Source of the DNA: Hypanus sabinus
Taxonomy: Eukaryota
Assembly (NCBI RefSeq): GCF_030144855.1
Contig: NC_082714.1
Span: forward strand, 49,228,001-49,292,000
DNA length: 64,000 nucleotides
Reading direction: 5' to 3'
Part shown: positions 24,058 to 36,080 of the stretch, piece by piece
How positions within the stretch are numbered: position 1 is the first letter of the stretch
How the letters are laid out: every line of letters begins with the position of its first letter
The notes under the pieces: generated by a model
Databases searched by the model: none
Seen by the model: the letters and a program-made list of their open reading frames with translations, nothing else
Told to the model about the DNA's origin: nothing
Position numbers and translations under genes: made by a program

Positions 24058-24207
24058 GTTATCATTGTGGATGGTAAAAGTGGCAAAATACTATGGGAGG
24101 AAGAATTAATATGCAGGGAGAACTGTCCAAAACCATCTTCCATTAACACCATGTCCCAGTCAATGTTTCTTTTCTGGGGTGAACTTCCGACACAAAACAA
24201 TATTTCT
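24058..24207 (+). CDS. FAM234A: FAM234A coding exon 9
   Basis: VIIVDGKSGKILW...SMFLFWG; phase 0 to 0; donor GTAAGT. Confidence 0.9.
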
Positions 24208-24307
24208 GTAAGTATTAAATGAAAATAATTTACTACTCTGCTCAATTAATAATTAAAGCTGATTATTTTAGCTATTATTAATGGCATAAACACCTACATA
24301 TTTAACT

Positions 24308-24419
24308 ATCCTTTCGGTTAGTCCTGATGAAGGGTCTTGGCCCGAAACGTCGACAGCGCTTCTCCCTATAGATGCTGCCTGGCCTGCTGTGTTCTACCAG
24401 CATTTTGTGTGTGTTGTTG
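24308..24419 (+). mobile_element. 112-bp Penelope-derived unit carrying a minimal hammerhead ribozyme, flanked by a 13-bp TSD
   Basis: TACATATTTAACT at 24295-24307 and 24420-24432. Confidence 0.85.
24321..24354 (+). ncRNA. Minimal type I hammerhead ribozyme motif
   Basis: GTC CTGATGA A GGGTC-TT-GGCCC GAAAC GTC GAC: intact core, stem II, GUC cleavage triplet, stem I gtc/gac. Confidence 0.75.
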
Positions 24420-25122
24420 TACATATTTAACTGCTCAGATTGTTGTTTACTCAACCTTTTTAACTAGAATTGTACAAATAAAAGGTTGTACAAATAAAAT
24501 GTTCAACTTTGATATTCTGACAGTGCAGTAAAGCATTTTCATACCATCAGAAATAGATGTTATGCCATATTTATTCATTACTAATATTTTACTTTATTAC
24601 AAACACTACTTGAAGAATATATAAGAAGTACCATACTTTCTAATGGTTCAGTAAAGAACTGAAAGCAAAGTCAATCTTGGGGTTTACTCTTAAAAATATG
24701 TAATTTTGGGCTGTGTTTATTTCTGTGTTGATCCTCAGATATCTTGACCCATGATCATTTTACACTATAGAGACACTACTGTGATTAGCCCTAAACTTAC
24801 AATGTATGTGAAATTGCATCTTTTGATTCTAGCAAATGGGCAACAAACGTGCTGCAGTCCCCCTGATCAAAAGGCTGATTGAATATCCTTAGATTTGTAG
24901 GGTCATCAGATAAGGATGAGAATAGGATTAATTGTGATGCCTTAATCTATCTTAATTGCATACTGAATAAGTGATAGACTGCTGGCTTAGATACAGCCAA
25001 AATATTAATTTAGTAAGGGTCAGAACAGTGAACATCAATTTAATCATACTCTTGGCACGAGTGTAATGGGGTATGTGCAGGATTGATGGTTCCCCAGAGT
25101 AAGTGAGAATCCTATGTGTGTA

Positions 25123-25903
25123 CAGTCAGCCCTACTTATCAGTGGGTTCTGCATACGTGGATTCAACCAACTGCGGATCGGGAAAACCCAGAAGTTCTCT
25201 CTCCAGCCCTTGTTGTTTGNNNNNNNNNNNNNNNNNNNNNNNNNNNNNNNNNNNNNNNNNNNNNNNNNNNNNNNNNNNNNNNNNNNNNNNNNNNNNNNNN
25301 NNNNNNNNNNNNNNNNNNNNNNNNNNNNNNNNNNNNNNNNNNNNNNNNNNTACCGTGGATTGGAAATTGAAAAAAAGTCCGGAAATATTCTAAGTCAGAA
25401 CAGGTACATTGGGTATTACTTAGCATCAGTTAGTCAAACGTTTGTCTTAGTATATAGTATATATTTTACCTTTCTATGCATATAAAACACTTAAGAAATG
25501 TATGTATTTCAATATATAAACCACTGCATTGCTTAGTAATAATTGTAGCTTTCATCTGGGCAGGGCCTTCACATGCTCCGTTATTCTCACTTTATCCTTT
25601 AAAATTGTTCCGATCATTGACCTACTGTAGCTTAATGCTTTTTCAATGACCGATGGCGTTTCACCTCTTTTCGATCGCTTTATTATTTCCACTTTACTTT
25701 CAATGGTGATAATTTTCCGGAACAAATACTGCGGGCAGCAGGTCCCGAGCTCCGCTGGGTCCTAAAGTCCACCGCTTTGAGGCAGGTTAAATAAGCTCCA
25801 GTGCTCTGTTGGGTCCTAAAGTCCACCGACTTGAGCATCCACAATTTTTGGTATCTGCGGGGGGTCCCGGAACCAATCCCCCGCAGATAAAGAGGGCCGA
25901 CTG
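25123..25903. mobile_element. Second MER2-like Tigger MITE copy, spanning the assembly gap
   Basis: TA TSD; TIRs CAGTCAGCCCTACTTATC and GATAAAGAGGGCCGACTG; collinear with 15569-16448. Confidence 0.88.
25220..25350. other. Assembly gap (131 N)
   Basis: Run of n. Confidence 1.
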
Positions 25904-26192
25904 TATATACTTCCATGTCTAATGCCAATGAATACTTTGTATCTAGCAATCACTTTCCTACTATGTATCCATTCTATTTTGAAGAATGTTGCCTCTTATA
26001 TATTTGACGTTTTATTCATTTTTTTATTTCCAGTCTCTTTAATGTTTTAATTTTTTATATAGAATCATAACGCAAGAGAACTTTGATTCATTGGATTTTT
26101 TTCCTCTAATAAAGCATCTCATCTAACTTCATCCCCATACACCTTTCTATAGGTCCTCTTCTAAAATAATTTGTGAATTTTTATTTTCTCAG

Positions 26193-26304
26193 TTGCAGGA
26201 AGGTTTCTCTGAGAAAAGTTATAATCTTTATATGGTTCATCCATTACACCCAAACGTCATTCTGGAGTTAAGAAATAGCACCGAGAATGTGATTGCATTC
26301 ACCA
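26193..26304 (+). CDS. FAM234A: FAM234A coding exon 10 (possible in-frame alternative acceptor at 26198)
   Basis: NLYMVHPLHPNVILELRNSTENVIAF; phase 0 to 1. Confidence 0.9.
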
Positions 26305-27499
26305 GTAAGTCCTCCTATTGCCGGTTATGAATAATTAATTTAAATTGCTATATTTTATATGATAATTTGTAGAAAATAATGATGAATTGCTTGTAATCCT
26401 ATACAGCTTTTCTGAAATTTGTGTAAATTGTACCTTTGCCTATCCACAAATGTACTTTGATTTGACAGGTTAAATTTGTTAAGCGCATGAATAAATCTGG
26501 AATGGCTCTTGCAGATTGAAGGGCGGTAAATGTGACTTTTAAAAATGGAAGAAAGGAGAAGGCAGTGAGCTACCGATCTATTAGCATGACATTGGTAGTG
26601 GAAAATGTGCTGGAGTCTGTTGCTAAGGATTTGACTTCAAGACATTTAGAAAATAACTGAGCAGACTTGAAGTGGATTTGTGAAATTAAAATCTGTTAGT
26701 CTAATAGAGTAGATTAATGGCACTTCAGTCCCCTAAGCTAATCACATTTGCACACATGTGGTCCGCATACAACCTTTCCTACCCATGTACTTATCCAAAT
26801 GTCTTTTTAAGTGTTATAGTATCTGCTTCAATTATTTTGTCCAGCAGCTTGTTCCATCTATACACCACCCTGTCTACAAAGAGGTTGCCCCTGAGGTCCC
26901 TTTTAAATAGTTTAAATGCTGCTCTTGAGGCTGAAAAACAAGGTGGGAACATGTCAGAACTGCCGTTATATAGACAAAGTAAGAATAAATGGATCCTTGT
27001 TATGGGTACCACCAAGATCAGTGTGTGGGGCCAAATGTTTGCAATCTACATCAATGGACCAAATATATTATCTCAAAGTTTGTTGATGAGATGCAACAAG
27101 GTGGGAACCTGAGCAGTGCCAAGAATGCAAAAAGGCTTTCTGAGTGACACAGAAATGTGTCAGACAGAGTACAAAGTGGAAGACTATGGTGATGGCTAAG
27201 TTCTTCACTTGTGAAGATCAGGAGGGAAGAAGAATCCTCAGGAGTGGCAGCATGATCGTTGGTAAGTGTGGAGGCGAATTCTGGATCTGCAGACTGGAGC
27301 AGTAGGGACACAGACGCAGGTGCTTGGGTAGTAGAATCCTACGTCTCCTCTTCAGCAGTCGCTCTTCTGGGTTCTTCAAAATTCTTGACTGCTCCATGGA
27401 TCAGCGTACTCCAGCAGTCTCTGTCACAAGCCAGCTTCTGCCACTCGTTAACCTCTATATTTGCCTGAGAGAGCTGGTGTTTAAGTTGGTCTTGCACCA

Positions 27500-27897
27500 C
27501 GATCTCGCTTGCCCTGAGAGTTCTCCATAGAGAATAGCTTTTGTTAACCTGGAGTTGTCCTTGTGAGGCACGTCACCTGGCCAGCAGAGCTGCTAGAGCA
27601 GCAAAGTGGCTTTAATGCTTGGACTTTGAGCCTTTTCCATCATTGGAGACACAATCCTGCCAGCTGATATCCATGATGGAGTGGAGGCAGCATTGATGGA
27701 AGTGCTCGAGCAAACAGATTTGCTTATGGTACAAAACCCAGACTTTGGAGCCGTATAGCAATGTTGTGACGACGGCAGCCCCGTACACCTGGAATTTTGT
27801 GGACAGCCGCAGCTGGTGGTTCTTCCCACATATTTTTGGAGGAGCCCGAAGGCTCTGCTGGCCTGAGATTCTTTCTCTGTGGGCATACTTAGCAAAT
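27500..27897 (-). mobile_element. RTE-clade LINE RT remnant
   Basis: Minus-strand frames give ASRAFGLL, VYRAAVVTTLLYGSKVW, LLEHFHQCCL. Confidence 0.7.
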
Positions 27898-27905
27898 CTA
27901 TAGAA

Positions 27906-29003
27906 CAGTGTTTCTCAACCAGAGCTGCTATGAGGGGTCACTAGGGGTTCCGTGAGAGATCGTGGTTTAAAAAACACACGGCGTTTTTTGAATTTTGCAT
28001 GACGTGTGGTACTAGCACTCGCAGTGGTGGGCAGTGACCGAGCAGCACTGTTGGCAATCTCGTTAGAGGTCTCTCAGCCCAGTATGGCAGTGCACAGTAG
28101 GACCGTGCTTGTTTCGTTAAGTCCATCTCTCAGTTTTAGGGGAGGCTGTTGATAATTGGTGAGCGCTGTATTGCATGGTGGTGGGGGGGGGGAGATGGTA
28201 GACTGATAATTGGTGAGTGTTGTGATGCATGAAGGGAGGATAGTAAGCTGATGAGGTGCGTGAAGTTGTGTTTTTCAAACATTGAATGCACTTGCTCAAC
28301 TTGGGCTATGATGTCAGCTTCTCCCTCCTGAATAACCTTCCCCTTGCGCGCTGCCGAATGATTTAAGGGAGCAAACAAACTCTACCAGTGTAGCTGAAAA
28401 TTGGAGGGAAATTTTCATTCTAAAGAAGGAACTTTAATGCGCCACAACTCAGCTGCTGGCCTGCCATTTTGCTGTTGTAAACATTGCAAAAGGTGGTTTG
28501 TGTAGGTTAGGAGTGAATTGTATTGTGAACTGTTCATTTTTTTTTTGCAGTTTTCTCATCTAGTTATTTATATGCCTTTTGTTTATGGTTTTTAATTTTC
28601 ATGTTGTAAATATCATTAATTAAAATCAACTTACAACCTTATTTAAACTAAATCTACCAAGCTCACGTTTAGAAAAACTAAATCCCATTTTGGCCTAAGC
28701 CAGTTATTTAAAAAAAATTTATTATGTTTGCCTTATGAGTTTTTAAAATTTATGGAAGGGAAAGAAAGAGATTAATTTAGAGAAAAGTAAACTAAGCTTA
28801 ACTACCTGTTTTTTTTCCAAGCAAGGTTGGCTCAAAATTCATTCACTACTCAAAAAGAGAATTGACAATTATTTTTGGATTATTATATCTACAACTTACT
28901 GATCAGGCTAACGTACAGTGAGCTGTAGATATAATAGGTTTTACGCAGGGGTTCCCTGAGACCTGAAGGTTATTTCAAGGGCTCCTCCAGGACAAAGAGG
29001 TTG
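27906..29003. mobile_element. hAT (Charlie-type) non-autonomous element
   Basis: 8-bp TSD CTATAGAA (27898-27905 and 29004-29011). Left TIR CAGTGTTTCTCAACC. Right TIR is missing about 10 bp. Confidence 0.8.
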
Positions 29004-29179
29004 CTATAGAACAATAACTGTAAGCTGTAACCATCAGGAATTGTTAACTGTAATCAAACAGTGCATATGCAGATATAAACATAGCAATAAATAACAAGCA
29101 TAAAATACAATATAACTGAGTCCTTAAATGCGAGTAGCTATCCCCTTTTGTTCAAGAACCTGATGGGTGATCGGTGGTA

Positions 29180-29523
29180 AGTGTTGCCTCACCTGGAAGG
29201 ACTGCTTGGGGCCCTGAATGGTGTTAAGAGAGGACGTGTGGGGACAGGTGTAGCACTTAGCACTTACATTCCTTCTTCACCTCTCCGGCCTATCCCCTCC
29301 CCCACCCCTTGATCTTTCCTCTGATTGGTTTTTCACCTGCACCTTCCCCCTCCCCCCACCATCTTTATAGGGTTCCTGCCCCCTCCTTCTTCAGTCCTGA
29401 TGAAGGGTCTCGGCCCGAAACGTTGACTGCTCATTTCAACGGATGCTGCCCGACCTGCTGAGTTCATCCAGCTTGTTTGTACGTGTTGATATGACCACAG
29501 CATCTGCCGTGTACTTTGTGTTT
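29180..29523 (+). mobile_element. 5'-inverted Penelope-like 3' fragment with hammerhead motif
   Basis: 29180-29266 is an inverted piece of the PLE endonuclease-linker region (compare 55570-55650), followed by a pyrimidine-rich tail and the ribozyme. Confidence 0.7.
29392..29429 (+). ncRNA. Minimal type I hammerhead ribozyme motif
   Basis: CAGTC CTGATGA A GGGTC-TC-GGCCC GAAAC GTT GACTG: 5-bp stem I, intact core, GUU triplet. Confidence 0.78.
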
Positions 29524-29526
29524 TCT

Positions 29527-29795
29527 AAGTCTATCCTACTTGTTAGTTCCTCAAAGAATTCCAACAGATTTGTCAGGCACAATTTTCCCTTGAAGAAACC
29601 ATGCTGACTCGGACCTATTTTATCATGTGCCTCCAAGTACTCCAAAACCTCATCCTTAACAATTAACTCCAACATCTCAACCACTGAGGTCAGACTAACT
29701 GGCCTGTAGTTTCCTTTCTTTTTCCTTCCTGCTTTCTTGAAGAGTGGAGTTACATTTCCAATTTTCCAGTCCTCTGGAACTATGCCAGAATCTGT
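29527..29795 (-). mobile_element. CR1 LINE RT fragment
   Basis: VPEDWKIGNVTPLFKK...NYRPVSLTSVV...SQHGFFKGKLCLTNLLEFFEE. Confidence 0.85.
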
Positions 29796-29913
29796 TGATA
29801 ACATAATATACATAGCTAATGGTAATTTATTGTTTTTACTGTTTGTCAGATAGTGAAAAAATATTAATGTTCTTAAAAAATAAATTACTAATATCCCCAT
29901 TTTTTTATTCCAG

Positions 29914-30122
29914 CTGCCTTATTTGAACAAAGCAGACATGCAGGAAGCGTACTGTTATTGGGGCAGCCTTTGGGAAACGAACCAGGACCTTTGAAGATAA
30001 TCAAACAAAAACTGAAAGACATCATCAGTGTGAGCAGGGTTAGACGTCTAAAGAAAGGACATGATGACTTTAGTGATGATGAACTTAAAGAATATTTTTA
30101 CAGAATGAGATACAGCAGCTAA
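29914..30122 (+). CDS. FAM234A: FAM234A last coding exon; total CDS 1713 nt, 570 aa
   Basis: ALFEQSRHAGSVLL...EYFYRMRYSS*. Exon phases sum correctly across all 11 exons. AATAAA at 30293-30298. Confidence 0.93.
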
Positions 30123-31419
30123 TGGTAAATTGTAAAATCAATGAAGGTTTATTTACTGCAAATGTTTTCATCTCTTGCTAATCAAAAGTTCTGAAGTTTG
30201 ACCATATATTTAGTTTCTAAAATGTGCACTTCAATATTCTTCATATTGTAAAATAATGATGTGATAAAGTAATGCAGAATTATATTGATAGCAATAAATG
30301 AGGATCTTCACCCACCCTCATGAAAAACATTAAGATTTATTGCAGTTGGTTTTAATATACTGTTCATCAATGTATTTTATTGAGCAAACTTACTAACATC
30401 TATTAATTCAGTACAAGAATTTTAAATTACAGATTAAAAACTTGATTTGTAAAATAGAAACTGTTCACATACAGAAATAATAATGGTCCCAAATTAGAAT
30501 GCCTTTAACTTGAAAAGTCTCTCCTGAAGTTGTATTTTACTTAACTGTGAATGCAAGCAAAATAAGATATTGCTTTGTTAGAGCAAAGTGCACAACCCTA
30601 ATTATCTGGCAGCTTTAGAATCTTTTCAATATTATAATTAATATTGAAGTTATATTCTAAATAATTGTTTCCTCAGTGTGAATTCTAATAGAATTTGTAT
30701 ATATGATCATGGGAAATTAAGGGTTGAAAATAACACTGCTGCTATTTCCACCTGATTGTCAATTGCTTGTAGATATACAACTATTTATTTTTAAAAAAAG
30801 ATATACAAAGTTAAGTAAATCTTATACCTGAGCGGAATAGGTTTTAAGGTCTTTGTATACGTTGGAATCTGGCAATGGTAAGACTGCACTTTCAGTAAGG
30901 ATTTTCAAATATAACTCAATATATTTGCAAGAGTATATTAGAGAAGAAACTCAATTCCCCTTTCCAAAATTAATACCCATTGTATTAAAGAAAGTAAAAT
31001 TATATGTAATCATTCAAATCAAATGGGGTCATTATGGAGTTACGTCCACAAAATCCCAACAGCCAACACTGAAAGCCAAAATTCTTCCAAAGGGATTTCA
31101 AACAGTTTTATAAACGAGAGGACTTCATGCACTACTTGAACTTTCAGTTTGGACACTGGTTCAACTTGTAAATGTTGTGGCAATAATATGGGTTCCACTA
31201 CTATCCTTTGGTTTACATTTAAAACCATGCACATTTACTAATGTAGTTCACATAATGATCACTTTCCACGTCCTTGGGATGGAAAGGAATGAATAGAAAG
31301 TCAGGATAGAAAGGGACTGTAGAAAGTGAAGTGTAAAGGTTGAAGAATAGAAAATAAGGGTTAGAATGTATGGGACAGGTTATGTTTGAAGTTAGATGTG
31401 TGTTGAAGAACTGCACTTT

Positions 31420-31694
31420 CAAAATTGTCATGCTGCTTATTTCTTGCCAACTATCACTGCTTTTTGAACACAAACGTGCAGTTATTCAAAAACAGAGTAG
31501 TGCGCAATGGTCATAGAGTTTGCGCAACTGATGCTAGTTAGAAACTGCTCAGCAACAGTGTCCTGTCCCCACTAAGCGACATAGAGTCCCAAATAAATGC
31601 TGACTATTTCTTGGTTAGTGTTTGTTCTTTAAGAGTTGTTCCAAATAAGCAGCTGCTCTGATTAACTGATGGACCAATTAATTGGAATGCACTG
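31420..31694 (+). mobile_element. Tigger-like MITE end; same family as minus-strand pieces 39482-40040 and 40962-41123
   Basis: Ends CCAATTAATTGGAATGCACTG|TA. Reverse-complement similarity to 39482-39700. Confidence 0.6.
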
Positions 31695-33310
31695 TATTTG
31701 TATGATGCCGGAGGAATGTAAGATAAAGATGGACTTGCAACAATATGTTTTGCTTACTGCTTCCATGTATTGTTGCACTCCAATTTTAGACTAAAATAAT
31801 TTAGGGAGATGTAATTTATACAAAATGTGATAATCCTTTTATGTGCACAAGTCAAATATAGGTAACTGTGTAGTAATTGACCCTAATATTTCAAACCACA
31901 AAATATGATCATCCCAGATTTGGAAAAAAGATGATAGAAAATGCATTTTGATGGATTTACTAGGATTTATTTTTATTATAAATTGTTTTGACATTCTGAA
32001 AAGTATTTTTCACAAATTGCATAATTTTTTAATACTTAATGTGTTAAGAGTACTCAAAAATGACATTCACAGAAGCTGATTTTAAGAATAGGGTTTCTAT
32101 TAGGCAATCAATGATGAATACTGTGAACCTTGGTCTGTATTATAATATGTATATGGTGTATTGTTTAAAATTATGCTAAGTACAATATAAAGAACCATTT
32201 TAGTTGCATTTAATTACAAACTTATTGCTCCTCCTAGATCTTTATTAATGAAGAAACCTGGCTGAGCAAAGCAGCTTAAGTGCACCTTTGAAAAGAGTTA
32301 TGGAGAAAATAAGTTTCCTCCTTAAAACAGGTCAACTCATTTATTAAAGAAAGAAAAGAAACATTGGGAAATCAAGAAGCACTGATTAGTGATTATATTG
32401 TGTCAATGTGCCATCTTTACCAATAAAATATTTCTGCAGCTGTGGCTGAACATATGCCAAATGGCCTTAAGTGATTGATTGCCAGTATTGAGCAGGTTAT
32501 TTTAATATGTGGGAAAAGATCTACAATACTATTTATTATTCCATAATAAGTAAAATTATTTACTATACAAATTACAACAGAAAACTAATGGCCGAAGTTG
32601 CAAAAACAATGCACAGTAATTTTTCTGCCTTGGTTGGCTGTGATACTTTAGTCTGAGTCATAAGGTTATAGTTTAAGACTCATTTCAGGGCCTGAACCAT
32701 AGGATTCAGGCTAGCACAGTAGATTAACTCCAGTGACTAATGTGTTTTTGGATGAAATGTTGAATTGGCTTTCTTGAATTAAAATATCCAGTGACATTTC
32801 TAGAAAGCAGAGCCATTCACCCTGATGTACTTGCCAATATTATTCTTCAAGGAATAAAATAGATAATTTGGATATTTTTAAGTTATTTTGTCATTGTTTC
32901 TGGAAGTTTGCTATATAAATTTGCTGCCTTATTTCCTATATTACAATAGTGACCGGATCTCAAAAATAATTCATGGGTTATAAGCACTGTACAATTTTCT
33001 GAAGTCATGAAAAAGGCTACTTTTTGTTTCTTCTTTCTTGAGTAACCAGTATGTTGGTGTAGACAATAAATAAAATTTCAGTTTAATGATCACAGCAAAA
33101 TGAATTGTTGCTATCAGCATGAACTTTATGCTTGATGTTTTAAATTAATAAACTCAATATTCTAATTAAGGTTTAAATGCCTCCAAAGAGTATGAGTTGA
33201 TTATCATAAACATTTACAAAATAGTTAATATATTGTATCTGTATGACTAATTTATTGATGTGTATTCTCACTGCTTATTTTATATTACATATTTGCAATC
33301 TTAACTTTTT

Positions 33311-33518
33311 TTTTAGCAAACACGAGGAAATCTGCGGATGCTGGAAATTCAAGCAACACACAAAATGCTGGTGGAACACAGCAGGCCAGGCTCTATAGGG
33401 AGAAGCACTGTCAATGTTTCGGGCCGAGACCCTTCAATAGGACTCCTGATGAAGGGTCTCGGCCCGAAACGTTGACAGTGCTTGCCTGCTGCGTTCCACC
33501 AGCATTTTGTGTGTGTTG
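33311..33518. mobile_element. Palindromic (foldback) pair of Penelope-like 3' ends with hammerhead motifs on both strands, about 11-bp TSD
   Basis: CTTAACTTTTT at 33300-33310 and 33519-33529. Arms invert around about 33443. Plus-strand core CTGATGA..GAAAC GTT is intact (33446-33473); minus-strand core is mutated (CTATTGA). Confidence 0.8.
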
Positions 33519-34992
33519 CTTAACTTTTTATTTGTGTTGGACAATGACACAAGTTGATTACACAGATAGCAACATTTTGGGCATTCACTGATTAAAAATC
33601 ATTAAGTTAAACATGCCAAAAACAGATTGCTAATTTAATCCAACCTATCTTTGTAAGCAAAGAAAAATAAATATAGATAAAACAGAAGTTCACATTACTA
33701 AAGTATTAATATTTCAAAACTGTATTTCTTCGTTGGTGACCTTGTATGTGCAGAGTACCAGTTACCTTGAGAATATGATAATATCATTACTTTGTGTTAT
33801 GTGGTTTTCTTTGTATGTACTCCAATATGCTACACTGATTAATTAGCATTCATTTTACCATATGTACATTAAGTTTAATGTATTTTGAAATTAACTGCTT
33901 ATGGTTTGAGTACCTTATAACATTTAGATATAATGGCAGATTGCACTTATTTTCATGTTTTACAATGGTGTTCTTGTATCAAAGATGGGAAATACTGTGA
34001 GATATATGTGATTCATAATAAATTCCTGTTTATCCAGCTGAATAATTTGCTCTTTTATAACTTGGTTATTTTTTCAGTGTGTTGTAACCTTGTGTTCATG
34101 AACCATAGCAATGCAATGAAATCCATTTCAAAACACACATTACAGGCAATGAGCAAGTCTGTCTCCAACACAGTTGGAAGTTTTGCTTACCAGCTCATGA
34201 GAGGAGGTTGAGGCCAGAGGAAGGGCAGCAATGATAGGGCAAGCTGAAAGGGCTATTGGTCTAATTCTGCCTGTAACTAACCAGTAGGTCAAGGAGGCAA
34301 CAGTCCATTTGAAGTATTGCTAGTAGCATCTCATTGAATGTGCCAGAAATTGGTCCATTGAATACGGAAGTTGGAGGGGTAGGTAGGGCTACCCTATCTT
34401 TGTTTTGGGTAGGAGATGGAGAGAGAGTGGGAAAGGGAATACAATCTGCTGAAACAAGACATGAGACTGCAGATGCTAGAATCTGGAGAAACAAAATGTT
34501 GGAGGTATTTATTGGGTCAATCAGCATGGGGGGGGGGGGGCAGATTATCTGTTTCAGTTGAAATCTTACATAAGGGTGCTGATGAAGTCCTGTCAACTGT
34601 AGTGCAAGGAAGGGTACAGCTAAAGAGAAACAACTGTGGAAAGTCTCATGGCCAGAACAGTAAATGAGAGAAATTGATGGGAATCCTTCCAGATGAGGTA
34701 GAAGGTTGAGTTAGCTGGGAAGCCTGTGAACTTTAATGGTATTCTCACTGTTCTGTTGAGACAAGGAAATTGTAAATTGTCCTGAGATTAGACTAGATTA
34801 AATAGGTTGATTGCTGGGTGATTCCACTCTCTGGGTTGAAAGAGTCTGTTCTGTATCTATAAATAGATTTGTTTAAATGGGCCATGTGGACGTGGGAGCA
34901 TATTTGGGAATTGGTAGCAAAGATGTTGACAGGCTTGAACCCTTAACTTGAAATGGTGCTTTTGGTTTTGGTGGGAGGAAGGTTAATTTTCA

Positions 34993-35215
34993 AAACAACA
35001 CACAAAATGCTGGAGGAACTCAGCAGGTCAGGCAGCATCTATAGAAATGAACTTAATTTGGTGTATCATCCCTTCCTTCTCAGTCCTGGAGAAGGGTCTG
35101 GGCTCGAAACGTTGACTTTCTGTTCATTTCCATTGACGCTCCCCGACCTGCTGAGTCCCTCCAGCATTTTGTGTGTGTGGCTTTGGATTTCCAGCATCTG
35201 CGGACCTTCCCGCGT
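34993..35215. mobile_element. Foldback Penelope-like end with mutated hammerhead (CTGGAGA core, 35082-35117)
   Basis: Inverted arms CACACAAAATGCTGGAGGAACTCAGCAGG and CCTGCTGAGTCCCTCCAGCATTTTGTGTG. Confidence 0.7.
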
Positions 35216-36080
35216 TCACTTTCAGCTGGTTTGGCTAACGCCGGCCACAGAATTTCAACGTGTGGGCGCCAGGCGCCATTCGGAGAGTTCGAGGCCCCCC
35301 ACCGCTGCCCACGTGCGGGGCTCCCTGAACCCAGCCGGGGTTTGTTTCGTTACCGTCGCCCCCGGCCCCTCGAGTGAGCGAGGCCGCCGCTCCCGTGGGA
35401 AGGCGACGGGCAGCAGGTCCGGCACGTGGCGCTGGCCGCCATCTCGCGACCCGCAGCCCGCAGGCGTCGCGCCCTTTCCGGTCTGTACTTGGACTTGATC
35501 GTCGAAGGCGGTGCGCTGACGCAGAGCCAGCTGAGGCCAGGGCAAGGTCCCCATCTCCGGAGTTGTGTTAAATTGAGAGCGGCAGGTGCGTGACTTAGTG
35601 ATTACCTGGTCTGTACTCCCACTCTAACCTTCCTGTACTCAACCGTCCACTCACCACCCCCTTCCATTGCCACCTGTCTCCCCTCATCCCCGTCAACCTT
35701 CATCCTCTCCTCCCCTTCCCTGCACCCTCCATCCTCAACCCAACCCCCGCCCACTTCCCTACCCCGCCTGCTCCGCCATGCAGTGTTGTCGCCGGCGCAC
35801 GGAGCTACCGCTGGTTGTCGGGCAGCAGCGGTGAGGAAGGAAGTGAAGGCGAGTCGCTGCAGTCGCTGAGCCGGCCGTGAGTCCGACGGTTCGCGATGCT
35901 TCTCCCGGGGAAGGGCTGGGTTGGGAGTGGGTCGCTCTGAGTGCCACAGGTAGGGGTGGGCTGGGTCCCGGGGAGACACTCGGGTCACCTATCGAGCATA
36001 GGGATGGAGCCGTCGATTGCGGTTGTACTTAACAATGACCTTGAGAAATTGTGGCCCTCGACCTAGCAGCGTGGGGATGT
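35200..36080 (+). promoter_or_regulatory. CpG island promoter and non-coding first exon of COX6B
   Basis: High GC/CpG. GC boxes at about 35744-35768, ETS GGAAGTG at about 35838. Candidate donors GCC|GTGAGT (35876) and CAG|GTAGGG (35949). Confidence 0.75.

Noticed and set aside
25103-25485. ORFs containing X runs
   Set aside because: Artefacts of the N gap inside a MITE.
34953-35988. 100-180 aa ORFs over the CpG island
   Set aside because: Composed of PLE repeat and GC-rich promoter sequence with low stop density and no recognisable domain.
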